Source of the DNA: Pelobacter sp. UBA6093
GTDB taxonomy: Bacteria; Desulfobacterota; Desulfuromonadia; Desulfuromonadales; Syntrophotaleaceae
Length of the DNA: 64,000 nucleotides
NCBI GenBank assembly: GCA_002435955.1
Contig: DIWZ01000032.1
Coordinates: 154,655-218,654, forward strand
Reading direction: 5' to 3'
In this document: one piece after another, positions 43,383-52,575 of the stretch
Layout of the letters: the number at the start of each line of letters is the position of its first letter
Numbering within the stretch: position 1 is the first letter of the stretch
The notes under the pieces: generated by a model
Seen by the model: the letters and a program-made list of their open reading frames with translations, nothing else
Database searches by the model: none
What the model was told of the DNA's origin: nothing
Position numbers and translations under genes: made by a program

Positions 43383-43432
43383 GAGGCTGTCGGACGATCC
43401 GGACCGAAGCGAAAATTTGGATGTTTGAGAAA
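43380..43432. repeat. same family, left arm plus long-form insert only (truncated copy C)
   Basis: TAGGAGGCTGTCGGACGATCCGGACCGAAGCGAAAATTTGGATGTTTGAGAA. Its first TAG is the trpA stop codon. Confidence 0.75.
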
Positions 43433-43604
43433 AATTTATTCCGGTTTCTATTGCTTTTAAACACCATGCGTGTTTATTATTGTTCAATTGTGTTGTTATT
43501 CTTTCGACATCCCCAGAGAAAATCCCTCGCCCACCGCCCTGCAGCGGGATCCCCATGGTTTCCGGGCGGTTCGAGGCACTGTTCACTAAAAAGGAAAAAC
43601 AGCA

Positions 43605-44222
43605 ATGGTCAAGGGGCTTATCTTCGATTGCGATGGCGTGCTATTCGACAGTCTGCAAGCCAATGTAGCTTTTTACAGCAGCGCCCTGCAGCAGTTGGGC
43701 CTTCCGCCCATCGATCATAATGATCGGGAAACAATTCACTTGTGCCATACTGTGACCACCCCCGAACTGTTTGAGGCAATCCTTGGACCGGAACGCCTGG
43801 AAGAAGCCTTGCAGGTTTCGCGCAGCATCGACTATACCCGGTTCATCCCCCTGATGACTCCCGAGCCCGGCATCCTCGATGCCCTTGCGGAACTCTCCGC
43901 CCGCATGCCGTTGGCGGTCGCAACCAATCGCGGCGGCAGCATGCGCGACATCTCCCGGCATTACGGGTTGGATCGGTACTTCAAGGTCATTCTTACCTGC
44001 AAGGATGTCAAACGCGGCAAACCGCATCCCGACATGCTGCTGCTGGCCTCGGAAAAGCTCGGCATCGACCCGCACGAACTGCTGTTTGTCGGTGATATGG
44101 ATGTCGACCGGGAAGCGGCCCAACGCGCCAACATTCGGTTTGTCGGGTATCGGGGTGATTTCCCCGAGGCCATCAACATCACCAGCCATGCTCAATTGCT
44201 CGGATTGATCGACCAGCTCTAA
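43605..44222 (+). CDS. HAD-superfamily hydrolase (phosphoglycolate phosphatase-like, subfamily IA)
   Basis: 205 aa with motif I FDCDGVLFDS, then KP and GD.D motifs. Confidence 0.85.
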   Translation: MVKGLIFDCDGVLFDSLQANVAFYSSALQQLGLPPIDHNDRETIHLCHTVTTPELFEAILGPERLEEALQVSRSIDYTRFIPLMTPEPGILDALAELSARMPLAVATNRGGSMRDISRHYGLDRYFKVILTCKDVKRGKPHPDMLLLASEKLGIDPHELLFVGDMDVDREAAQRANIRFVGYRGDFPEAINITSHAQLLGLIDQL

Positions 44223-44241
44223 ATTCCCCCATTGCTATCCG

Positions 44242-44277
44242 ATGAGCGCATTGTGTCGGCCGACAGAATGCGCTCAT
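44242..44277 (+). terminator. 36-bp near-perfect palindrome after the HAD gene (terminator or operator)
   Basis: ATGAGCGCATTGTGTCGG/CCGACAGAATGCGCTCAT has one mismatch. A weak T-run follows, then TTGACA-18-TATCGT upstream of the RND adaptor gene. Confidence 0.5.
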
Positions 44278-44424
44278 TTGTCCATTGACATAACCGGCAG
44301 CATCATCCTATCGTTCCAAATGAAGGCTGCGGTAATCTGCCCTGATGGTTTAAGCACAGCCATTCAAGAAACGCCCTCTGCCTTAAATAAATTCTTCCGT
44401 TTACCTCAACCCCGCGCAGGTGCT

Positions 44425-45555
44425 ATGAAAAAACGTATTTTTCTGACCCTGGCCCTCCTTCTTTTGCTTTCCGGCATCCTGGCCGGAATCAAAGTGCTGC
44501 AGATCCGCCGGATGACCGGACAAGCTGCCCGGTACACCCCGCCGCCGGTCACCGTCACGGCTGCCACCGTGCAAAAGAGTACCTGGGAAACATTGCTCGG
44601 CGCCGTCGGCTCCCTGGAAGCGGTTAAGGGGGTGACCGTTGCGGCGGAGCTTAAGGGCAAAGTAACCCGCGTCGCCTTTCAATCAGGGGACCGGGTTGCC
44701 AAGGGTGACCTGCTCATCCAGATCGATACATCCTCGGAGCAGGCCCTGTTGCCTGGCGCCGAAGCCGCTGTCACCCTGACCCGGCTCAACCTGCAACGGG
44801 CTGACCAGTTGTTGGCCGAACGCATCATCTCCCCGGCGGAACACGATCAGGCGGTAGCGGACTTCCGTCAGGCCAAAGCCCAGGCCGCCACCATCCGCGC
44901 CACCATCGGCAAAAAGACTATTCGCGCACCATTTTCCGGCCGCATCGGCATCCGCCAGGTCGATCTGGGGCAGATACTGAGTGAAGGTCAGAGCATCGTT
45001 TCCTTGCAACAACTGAACCCCATCTATGTCAATTTCCTGCTGCCACAGCAGCAGCTCGCCGAGCTGCGCGTCGATCTGCCGGTGCGAGTCACCAGTGACG
45101 CCCTGCCGGGGCAAACCGTCGAAGGGCGTATCAACGCCATCAACCCCGAGGTCGACAGCGCCACGCGCAATATCCGCATCCAGGCCACCCTGGCCAATCC
45201 GGACGAGAAACTGCGCCCCGGCATGTTTGTCAACGTTGCGGTGGTCCTGCCGGCAGCCGAACAGGTACTGACCATCCCCGCCACGGCGGTGCTCTACGCG
45301 CCTTACAGTGATTCGGTGTTTGTCCTCGATGAACAAAAGGATGAACACAGCGGCGAAACGCACCAGGTATTGCGCCAGCAACTGGTCCGCCTCGGCACCA
45401 GAAAGGGTGATTTCGTTGCGGTGGAATCGGGCCTTGAAGAAGGGCAAATGATCGTCAGCACCGGAGTCTTCAAGCTGAACAACGGTCAGACGGCCATCGT
45501 GGACAACACCCTTGCGCCGCAGTTTCAGACTGCCCCCACGCCGGATAACAATTAA
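44425..45555 (+). CDS. efflux RND transporter periplasmic adaptor subunit
   Basis: Signal/TM N-terminus MKKRIFLTLALLLL, followed by lipoyl/hairpin/beta-barrel HlyD-like regions. It directly precedes the RND pump gene. Confidence 0.88.
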   Translation: MKKRIFLTLALLLLLSGILAGIKVLQIRRMTGQAARYTPPPVTVTAATVQKSTWETLLGAVGSLEAVKGVTVAAELKGKVTRVAFQSGDRVAKGDLLIQIDTSSEQALLPGAEAAVTLTRLNLQRADQLLAERIISPAEHDQAVADFRQAKAQAATIRATIGKKTIRAPFSGRIGIRQVDLGQILSEGQSIVSLQQLNPIYVNFLLPQQQLAELRVDLPVRVTSDALPGQTVEGRINAINPEVDSATRNIRIQATLANPDEKLRPGMFVNVAVVLPAAEQVLTIPATAVLYAPYSDSVFVLDEQKDEHSGETHQVLRQQLVRLGTRKGDFVAVESGLEEGQMIVSTGVFKLNNGQTAIVDNTLAPQFQTAPTPDNN

Positions 45556-45602
45556 TCTGGTGGGGCGCCCGGCGCCAATCCCTGCCAAGGTTTGAGGGTA
45601 TC

Positions 45603-48600
45603 ATGAAATTCACCGACCTTTTCATCCGCCGACCGGTTCTGGCCCTGGTGGTCAGTCTGGCCATCAGCATCGCCGGGCTGCAGGCCATCCGCAGCCTCAA
45701 CGTGCGCCAGTATCCACGTAGTGAAAATGCCGCGGTCACCATCACCACCATCTACGTCGGGGCGAGTGCCGATCTGGTACGCGGGTTTATCACCACCCCC
45801 CTGGAGCGGGCCATCGCCGCCGCCGACGGCATCGATTATATCGAATCCCAAAGTGCCAAAGGCATCTCGACCATCAAGGTCCGACTGACACTCAATTATG
45901 ACTCGACCAAGGCTCTGGCCGAGATCAGCTCCAAGGTCGACCAGGTGCGCAACGATTTGCCCCCCGAAGCCGAGGTTCCGATCATCAATATCGAATCCGC
46001 CGACAGCGAATTCGCCTCTGCCTACCTGAGTTTTTCCTCCGAAGTTCTGCTGCAGAACGAGATCACCGACTACCTGATGCGGGTGGTGCAACCACGCCTG
46101 TCGGCCGTCGAAGGGGTGCAGCGGGCCGACATTCTCGGGGCCCGCACCTTTGCCATGCGGATCTGGCTTAAACCGGAACGCATGGCGGCCTTCAACGTGA
46201 CCCCCAGCCAGGTGCGCCAGGCGCTGGAGGCCAACAACTTCCTATCCGCTGTGGGGCAGACCAAAGGTGCGCTTATTCAGGTCAATCTGGCCGCAGATAC
46301 CAACCTGCAGAGCGTTGACGATTTCCGCAGACTGGTCATCCGCCAGCAGGAAGGCGCCATAGTGCGCCTGGCCGATATTGCCGATGTCGTACTGGGGGCC
46401 GAAGACTACGACACCGAGGTACGGTTTTCCGGCCAGACTGCCGTCTTCATGGGAATCTGGACCCTGCCCAATGCCAACTCGCTGGATGTCATCCAACGGG
46501 TCCGCACCGAGATGGAAAGTATCCGCAGGGATCTGCCAACAGGTCTTGACGGCCGCGTTGCCTATGACGCTACCGAGTATATCGATAACGCTATCCACGA
46601 GGTCATCAAAACCCTTGGCGAGACCCTGATCATCGTGATACTCGTCATCTTCCTGTTTCTGGGCTCCCTGCGTTCGGTACTGGTACCGGTAGTGGCTATC
46701 CCCCTGTCGCTGATCGGCGCAGTGTTCCTGATGCAGACCTTCGGCTTTACCGTCAACCTGCTTACCCTGCTCGCCATCGTGCTGTCAGTAGGGCTGGTGG
46801 TGGATGACGCCATCGTGATGGTGGAAAACGTCGAACGCCATCTGCGTGAAGGACAAACACCCTTGCAGGCGGCAATCCTCGGCGCACGGGAACTGATCGG
46901 TCCGATCATCGCCATGACCGTCACCCTGGCAGCGGTCTACGCGCCCATCGGCCTGCAGGGCGGCCTGACCGGGTCGTTGTTTCGCGAGTTCGCCTTCACC
47001 CTGGCCGGCGCCGTGGCCATCTCCGGCGTAGTGGCCCTGACCCTGTCGCCCATGATGTCGGCGCAGTTATTGCGAACAGATATCGAAGAACACGGCCTGG
47101 CGGCGCGCATGGCGCGCACTTTCGACCGGTTGCGCAACCTCTATGCCCGGCTGCTCGACGCCACCTTGCGCTGGCGGCCGGCGGTTTATACCGTATGGAT
47201 CGTGATCGGCCTGCTGAGCATCCCCATGTACATGATGTCGCCGGTGGAACTGGCGCCCTCCGAGGACCAGGGAGTCATCTTCGGCATTCTCGACGCTGCC
47301 GCCAACGCCACCCTCGATCAGACCAGCCGCTCCGCGACGGCGGCCAACGAGATTTTTTTCAGCGTTCCGGAAACGGAATTCACCTTCCAGATCACCAATC
47401 CGTCATCAGGTTTCGGCGGGCTGGTCACCAAGCCCTGGGGGCAGCGGGAGCGTACCGTTTTTGAGATTCTTCCGGAAATCGAACAGAAACTGCTGAACAT
47501 TCCCGGCATAGAGATGTTCCCCGTCACCCCACCGGCTTTGCCCGGCGGCGGCCAGTTCCCGGTGGAATTCGTCATCGCCTCCACCGCCGACACCGAGCGC
47601 ATCCTCGAGTTCGCCGAACAGTTGCAGCTCAAAGCCGTTCAGAGCGGGATGTTCGCCTTTCCGCCGCTTATCGACGTCAAAATCGACAAGCCCGAAACCG
47701 AATTCGTCATCGACCGCGACAAGGTGGCCATGCTGGGTCTCGACCTGGCCCAGGTCGGTGCCGACCTTGGCGCCATGGTCGGCGGCAACTTTGTCAATCG
47801 CTTCGACATTTCCGGCCGCAGCTACAAGGTCATCCCGCAGATCCAGCGCACCGGCCGCCTCAACCCCGAACAGTTGCAAAATATCTACGTCACCGGCCCC
47901 GACGGTCAGCTGGTCCCTTTGAGTACCATCGCCAGCCTGCGCGACCGGACGGTGCCGCGCTCGCTGAACCGTTTTCAGCAACTCAATGCGGTCAAGCTCA
48001 GCGGCGTTTCCGTGCGATCCCTGAACGAGGCGTTAAGCTTCCTCGAAACCGAAGCGACCAAAATTCTGCCGGACGGTTATACCATCGATTACACCGGTGA
48101 ATCGCGGCAGTTGCGCACCGAAGGCCATCGGTTTCTGCCTGCATTCGGGATGGCGGTCATCCTGATCTTTCTGGTCCTTGCCGCGCAGTTCAACAGTTTC
48201 CGCGATCCCTTCGTCATTTTGTTCGGCTCGGTACCGCTGGCCATGTTCGGCGCCATGATCTTTACCTTTTTGAAAATGCCCGATCCCAACGTACCCTTCT
48301 GGACCAACGGTTGGACCACTACGCTTAATATCTATTCCCAGGTCGGGTTGGTCACCCTGGTCGGCCTGGTAGCCAAAAACGGCATTCTCATCGTCGAGTT
48401 CGCCAATCAATTGCAACTGCAGGGGCACGCCAAACAGGAAGCGGTGCGCCAGGCATCCCTAACCCGCCTGCGCCCGATCCTGATGACTTCTGTCGCCACT
48501 ATCGCCGGCCATTTTCCCCTGACCGTGGTCACCGGCGCCGGCGCCGCCGCGCGTAATTCCATCGGCCTGGTGCTAGTCGGCGGCATGTTCGTCGGCACCC

Positions 48601-48695
48601 TCTTCACCCTGTTCATCGTGCCGTCCATCTACATGCTTGTCGCCCGTGATCACGCCAGGGATCTCCAGCGCCGCGCCGCCGTGGCCGAGGTTTGA
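45603..48695 (+). CDS. RND family efflux transporter permease (AcrB/HAE1-like)
   Basis: 1030 aa starting MKFTDLFIRRPVLA, with 12-TM topology and two large periplasmic loops. Confidence 0.95.
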   Translation: MKFTDLFIRRPVLALVVSLAISIAGLQAIRSLNVRQYPRSENAAVTITTIYVGASADLVRGFITTPLERAIAAADGIDYIESQSAKGISTIKVRLTLNYDSTKALAEISSKVDQVRNDLPPEAEVPIINIESADSEFASAYLSFSSEVLLQNEITDYLMRVVQPRLSAVEGVQRADILGARTFAMRIWLKPERMAAFNVTPSQVRQALEANNFLSAVGQTKGALIQVNLAADTNLQSVDDFRRLVIRQQEGAIVRLADIADVVLGAEDYDTEVRFSGQTAVFMGIWTLPNANSLDVIQRVRTEMESIRRDLPTGLDGRVAYDATEYIDNAIHEVIKTLGETLIIVILVIFLFLGSLRSVLVPVVAIPLSLIGAVFLMQTFGFTVNLLTLLAIVLSVGLVVDDAIVMVENVERHLREGQTPLQAAILGARELIGPIIAMTVTLAAVYAPIGLQGGLTGSLFREFAFTLAGAVAISGVVALTLSPMMSAQLLRTDIEEHGLAARMARTFDRLRNLYARLLDATLRWRPAVYTVWIVIGLLSIPMYMMSPVELAPSEDQGVIFGILDAAANATLDQTSRSATAANEIFFSVPETEFTFQITNPSSGFGGLVTKPWGQRERTVFEILPEIEQKLLNIPGIEMFPVTPPALPGGGQFPVEFVIASTADTERILEFAEQLQLKAVQSGMFAFPPLIDVKIDKPETEFVIDRDKVAMLGLDLAQVGADLGAMVGGNFVNRFDISGRSYKVIPQIQRTGRLNPEQLQNIYVTGPDGQLVPLSTIASLRDRTVPRSLNRFQQLNAVKLSGVSVRSLNEALSFLETEATKILPDGYTIDYTGESRQLRTEGHRFLPAFGMAVILIFLVLAAQFNSFRDPFVILFGSVPLAMFGAMIFTFLKMPDPNVPFWTNGWTTTLNIYSQVGLVTLVGLVAKNGILIVEFANQLQLQGHAKQEAVRQASLTRLRPILMTSVATIAGHFPLTVVTGAGAAARNSIGLVLVGGMFVGTLFTLFIVPSIYMLVARDHARDLQRRAAVAEV

Positions 48696-48828
48696 TTTCC
48701 CGCTGCGATGCATGATTGCGGCCCCGGAAAAACCTTCAGATAAACGGAATTTTTTCTTTACAGCCACTGCTCGACTTGCAATAATCGACGTTAATTTTTG
48801 TCAACGATTTTTAAATCAGGGGGGGCGG

Positions 48829-49977
48829 ATGAAATGCCCAAAATGCGGATTTGAGCAGGAAACCGCCGATGCATGCCGGGCCTGCGGCATCATCTTCGCC
48901 AAATACGCCGTGCACCAGCAGCGACTGCAACAGCGTGCGGCTCAACCTGACACGGCTCCCTCACCCAAAGGGATACGCAACGGAGTGCTTATTGCCTGCG
49001 CCGTAGTTATCGGCCTGCTGGCCGGCAAGGCTCTATGGGGTGAAAAATCACAAATCAGGCAGATCAATGCCCCGCCGGCCATGGCCGACCACCTCTCCCG
49101 CCCAATGCCCACTGCCTATGAAGTACCGGCAGCCCGTTCCGAATCACCCGCCGCCGCTACGCCAGCGACACATTCCAACAACCAGCCCATTCTCGACAAC
49201 CCCATCGAAACGGCTCGCAATGCTACGGTACTGGTCAAAACACCCTGGGGAAGCGGTGCCGGGTTTTTTGTCGATGATCGGGGACACATTGTCACCAATC
49301 GGCATGTGGTGGAGTTTGATAAAGACGCGCTTGCTAAACTTCGCGAACGCATGGAAACCTTGTACAACGCTTTATCCCGGGAGAAAAAATATTTGACTGA
49401 GTTGGAAGGTCGCATTGACAAGCTCCCCTCCGGGAACCAGCGAAACCTGGCGCGCAGCGATTTCGCCCGCAGGAAAGCGGAATACCAGAAGTATCAAAAC
49501 ATCTACGAGGAACTCGAAAGTCAAAAACGCAAAGTTCAGTATTACAGCCCCCATTCGGATCTTCAGATCAGCACGGTTGACGGGCAAACCTACGGCATTT
49601 CGGAAATTTTGTTAAGCGAGGACTTCGATCTGGCGCTCTTATCTCTCAAAGGCCGCGCGACCGCGTCCTTGCAGCCGTTGAAGCCGCATTTCGACATGCT
49701 GCAACAGGGGGAAAAGGTTTATACCGTCGGCAACCCCTCCGGTTTCCGACATACGGTCACCGCTGGGATCATATCCGGTTATCGTGACTATCGATCAGGC
49801 ACCGTGATTCAAACCGACGCCCCGATTAATCCGGGCAATAGCGGCGGGCCACTCATCGATCAGCAAGGCCGTGTCCTCGGCGTAAATACCATGATCCTGA
49901 AAAATACCCAGGGAATAGGTTTCGCTATTGCCATCCAGCATGTTTGGGACGAATTTTCCGCCAACATTTCCGAGTGA
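48829..49977 (+). CDS. membrane-anchored trypsin-like (S1C) serine protease with N-terminal zinc ribbon and a coiled-coil insertion
   Basis: MKCPKCG...CRACG zinc ribbon, then a TM helix (VLIACAVVIGLLAG). Protease triad contexts are TNRHVV (His), DLALLSL (Asp) and GNSGGPL (Ser). ATG at 48829 is preceded by a G-rich SD-like sequence. Confidence 0.85.
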   Translation: MKCPKCGFEQETADACRACGIIFAKYAVHQQRLQQRAAQPDTAPSPKGIRNGVLIACAVVIGLLAGKALWGEKSQIRQINAPPAMADHLSRPMPTAYEVPAARSESPAAATPATHSNNQPILDNPIETARNATVLVKTPWGSGAGFFVDDRGHIVTNRHVVEFDKDALAKLRERMETLYNALSREKKYLTELEGRIDKLPSGNQRNLARSDFARRKAEYQKYQNIYEELESQKRKVQYYSPHSDLQISTVDGQTYGISEILLSEDFDLALLSLKGRATASLQPLKPHFDMLQQGEKVYTVGNPSGFRHTVTAGIISGYRDYRSGTVIQTDAPINPGNSGGPLIDQQGRVLGVNTMILKNTQGIGFAIAIQHVWDEFSANISE

Positions 49978-50165
49978 GCATCCGCAGGGGATCTGTTCCT
50001 GGGTTGCCCTTCTCTCATCCCTTCTCGCCCTTTTCCAAACGAAAAAAAACAGGCTCCACGCCACCCTCTCTCCAAATATTATCCGTTTTGGAAAGAGGGT
50101 ACGGGAAAACCTGTTCGACTATCGGCAAGTAACCGGGATAAGCTCAGGGGGAATTGTCCCCAGGA

Positions 50166-50360
50166 TTAATGAGGGATCGTACTGCTTGTTTCACATATCT
50201 GCGGAAGCCAGGCATCTCTCTTCCCATCCAGGTCGACATAAAATCTGTCGGTGATGCAATACAGCACACGCCCCGTTTTATGATCGATGGCATTTTCCAC
50301 AAATACTTCCGCCCCGTGTTCTACATTACGACAGCATTTTTCAAAATCGCTCTTATTCAT
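50166..50360 (-). CDS. hypothetical small protein (64 aa)
   Basis: ATG at 50360 lies 6 nt downstream of a canonical AGGAGG. The ORF is Cys- and acidic-rich and I recognise no family. Confidence 0.55.
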   Translation of the reverse strand: MNKSDFEKCCRNVEHGAEVFVENAIDHKTGRVLYCITDRFYVDLDGKRDAWLPQICETSSTIPH

Positions 50361-50610
50361 AGTGCTCCTCCTTTCCAGGGGAAACTGTCGCTGTCTCTTT
50401 TTTTGGTAACATGAATTTCCAAAAATCGTCAATCCCAAATTTGATGGCGTCGCAAACTCGATTGGTCATGCTCGACAGGATCACTCGGGCATGACTTTTT
50501 GCGAAAGCATTAAATGTGATTCTTTCGATTATGGCCAACCGATGGAGCCACCGACGTACTCGAGGAAAAATGAATCCGGCTGTGGTTTGCTGACTGAAAT
50601 ATGCGGCCAA
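50353..50610 (-). CDS. hypothetical ORF (85 aa from a TTG start), possibly a gene remnant
   Basis: The only support is the open frame and the 8-nt ATGAATAA overlap with the downstream 64-aa gene. It has a non-ATG start, no clear SD and no recognised motif. Confidence 0.25.
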   Translation of the reverse strand: MAAYFSQQTTAGFIFPRVRRWLHRLAIIERITFNAFAKSHARVILSSMTNRVCDAIKFGIDDFWKFMLPKKETATVSPGKEEHYE

Positions 50611-50691
50611 CGCTTTGACTTGCCCTGTCTTGCGGCTAGAATTCTAAGGTCCTGATTTGACGGAGACTCACAGCAGCCTGGAGTTTAAGTT

Positions 50692-52299
50692 TTGAAGAAC
50701 CCCCTACCAGAAAATCTCAGCGAAATTTTACGCTTCAAAAAACGGATTTCAGCAAAAAACCGTCAACTGCTCATGCTGAAACACCTTTCTTTGATGCTAT
50801 CAGAAACAAAGGACGAGGAAACCTTTGTTCACAAGGCGATTCCGTTTATCAAAAAGGCCCTTGAAATAAAAGGCAACTTCATCATCTACATCGAAATAGA
50901 CGAAAAACCGAAGTCCGCAATAGGATTGGATGCAGTCACGCTAAAAGACCTTTACGCGAATATCAAAGAGCTGATCACCCCCGAAGATTCCCCGGTTGTG
51001 GTGGACCTGGCTTCGGAGGAAGCCGGCGACCCGCTGGGATTTTATATCAAGCAGGGATATTCAAAATGCATCATTTCTTCGGTTTATGAAAAAGACAAAA
51101 CGATAGGTTTTCTGGCCATCCCGCAAAAACCGGACTATATCCTGCAGGAGGATGAAAGCCTGTTTATCAGTCATTTGGGCGAAATCATTGGGATATTTTT
51201 CTCCTATATCATTCTCAAACGGAATCTACAGGATACGAAAACTCAGCTCGAAAACCAGGTTCATGATCTCCAGGCAATATATTCGGTATCCAAGACCCTT
51301 GGTGGGCATTTAGATACAAACGTTATCCTGAATAACGCTTTGGATACGCTGTTATCGCAAGATATCCTGAATATCGAAGCCAAAGGTGGAATATTTCTGC
51401 TTAACGAAGAAACCTCCAAGCTTGAGATGATTTGTCACAGAAATCTCGGAGATCTTATCCTCACGGAAAAAACCATCGAGTTGGGTTATTGCCTTTGCGG
51501 TCGGGCCGCGCAAACCGGCGAAATCATAACGTCATTAAACTGTTTTTCCGACAAACGGCATGACACCCGATTCGAAGCGATGACCCTTCACGGGCATATT
51601 ATCATTCCCCTGAAAACGGAGAATGGAATCCTGGGGGTATTGTTTCTCTATTTGCCGGGCAACGTCGAGCCTACAGAAAACCAGATCAATTTGCTCACCG
51701 CCATCGCCAATCAACTCAGTATTGCCCTCGAAAATGCACGGCTTTACGAAAAAGTTCATCATCTTTCAGTCCACGACCCCCTGACCAACTTATATAATAA
51801 AAAAAGGCTGTTCGACCGCCTCGACGAGGAAATCCGTCGCTCTGAGCGCTCGAACAAGCCTTTCTCAATAGCCATGATCGATATCGATAATTTTAAAAAC
51901 ATCAACGATATTTACGGCCATATGGCAGGCGACCTAATTTTGAAGGAATTTTCAAACCTCCTGAAAAACAATGTACGAAAAATCGATACGGTAGCCCGGT
52001 TTGGGGGGGATGAGTTCTCAATCCTGCTACCTGACACACCGATGGAGAGTAGCGTTACCTTGATGGAAAGGCTGCGATTATCCGTCGAAAGTTATGCGTT
52101 CCCCATCGATGAGCAGGGAAATACCATTTCATTGACGATGAGCACCGGAGTTTCTACCCGATATCCCGCAGACTGCATGGACAAATCGGCAATTCTCATA
52201 GCAGCCGATAACACGTTATATCAGGCAAAAAAGAACGGCAGGAACCAAGTTTGTCATTCATACGCATCCGAGCATCTTCCACTTGGTCAGAAAGACTAG
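50692..52299 (+). CDS. GAF-GAF-GGDEF diguanylate cyclase
   Basis: Two GAF-like regions, then a GGDEF domain with an I-site (RKIDTVARFGGDEF). TTG start with GGAG upstream. Visibly lower GC than its neighbours. Confidence 0.88.
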   Translation: MKNPLPENLSEILRFKKRISAKNRQLLMLKHLSLMLSETKDEETFVHKAIPFIKKALEIKGNFIIYIEIDEKPKSAIGLDAVTLKDLYANIKELITPEDSPVVVDLASEEAGDPLGFYIKQGYSKCIISSVYEKDKTIGFLAIPQKPDYILQEDESLFISHLGEIIGIFFSYIILKRNLQDTKTQLENQVHDLQAIYSVSKTLGGHLDTNVILNNALDTLLSQDILNIEAKGGIFLLNEETSKLEMICHRNLGDLILTEKTIELGYCLCGRAAQTGEIITSLNCFSDKRHDTRFEAMTLHGHIIIPLKTENGILGVLFLYLPGNVEPTENQINLLTAIANQLSIALENARLYEKVHHLSVHDPLTNLYNKKRLFDRLDEEIRRSERSNKPFSIAMIDIDNFKNINDIYGHMAGDLILKEFSNLLKNNVRKIDTVARFGGDEFSILLPDTPMESSVTLMERLRLSVESYAFPIDEQGNTISLTMSTGVSTRYPADCMDKSAILIAADNTLYQAKKNGRNQVCHSYASEHLPLGQKD

Positions 52300-52363
52300 G
52301 CGTCTATCGGACTATCCGGGCCGAATTTGCAGCCGGCGCATGGATAGTCCGACAGCCTCCTAG
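52297..52363. repeat. palindromic MITE/REP-like element, full short form (copy D)
   Basis: TAGGCGTCTATCGGACTATCCGGGCCGAATTTGCAGCCGGCGCATGGATAGTCCGACAGCCTCCTAG. Its first TAG is the stop codon of the GAF-GGDEF gene. Confidence 0.85.
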
Positions 52364-52398
52364 ATAGGGAAAAAGGGCCGTTTCCGGATGAAAACTGG

Positions 52399-52575
52399 TT
52401 ACTCTTCGAGCGAAATGGCACTGTTGGGGCAAGCAGGGATGCAAATACCGTCAAGGTCACATTTTTCATGATCGATGACAGCTTTGCCATCCTGCAGGGT
52501 AATGGCACCCACCGGGCAGGCTCTAACGCAAAGACCTTCGCCGGTACAAAGATTTAGATCGACGATAATTTTCAT
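52399..52575 (-). CDS. small 2x[4Fe-4S]-type ferredoxin (58 aa)
   Basis: MKIIVDLNLCTGEGLCVRACP...HEKCDLDGICIPACP gives two Cys clusters. GGAG lies about 7 nt upstream of the ATG at 52575. Confidence 0.85.
   Translation of the reverse strand: MKIIVDLNLCTGEGLCVRACPVGAITLQDGKAVIDHEKCDLDGICIPACPNSAISLEE

Noticed and set aside
50441-50456. Exact 16-mer TTGATGGCGTCGCAAA shared with 63277-63292.
   Set aside because: For a 64-kb window searched on both strands, about one exact 16-mer coincidence is expected by chance. The flanks do not extend the match convincingly.
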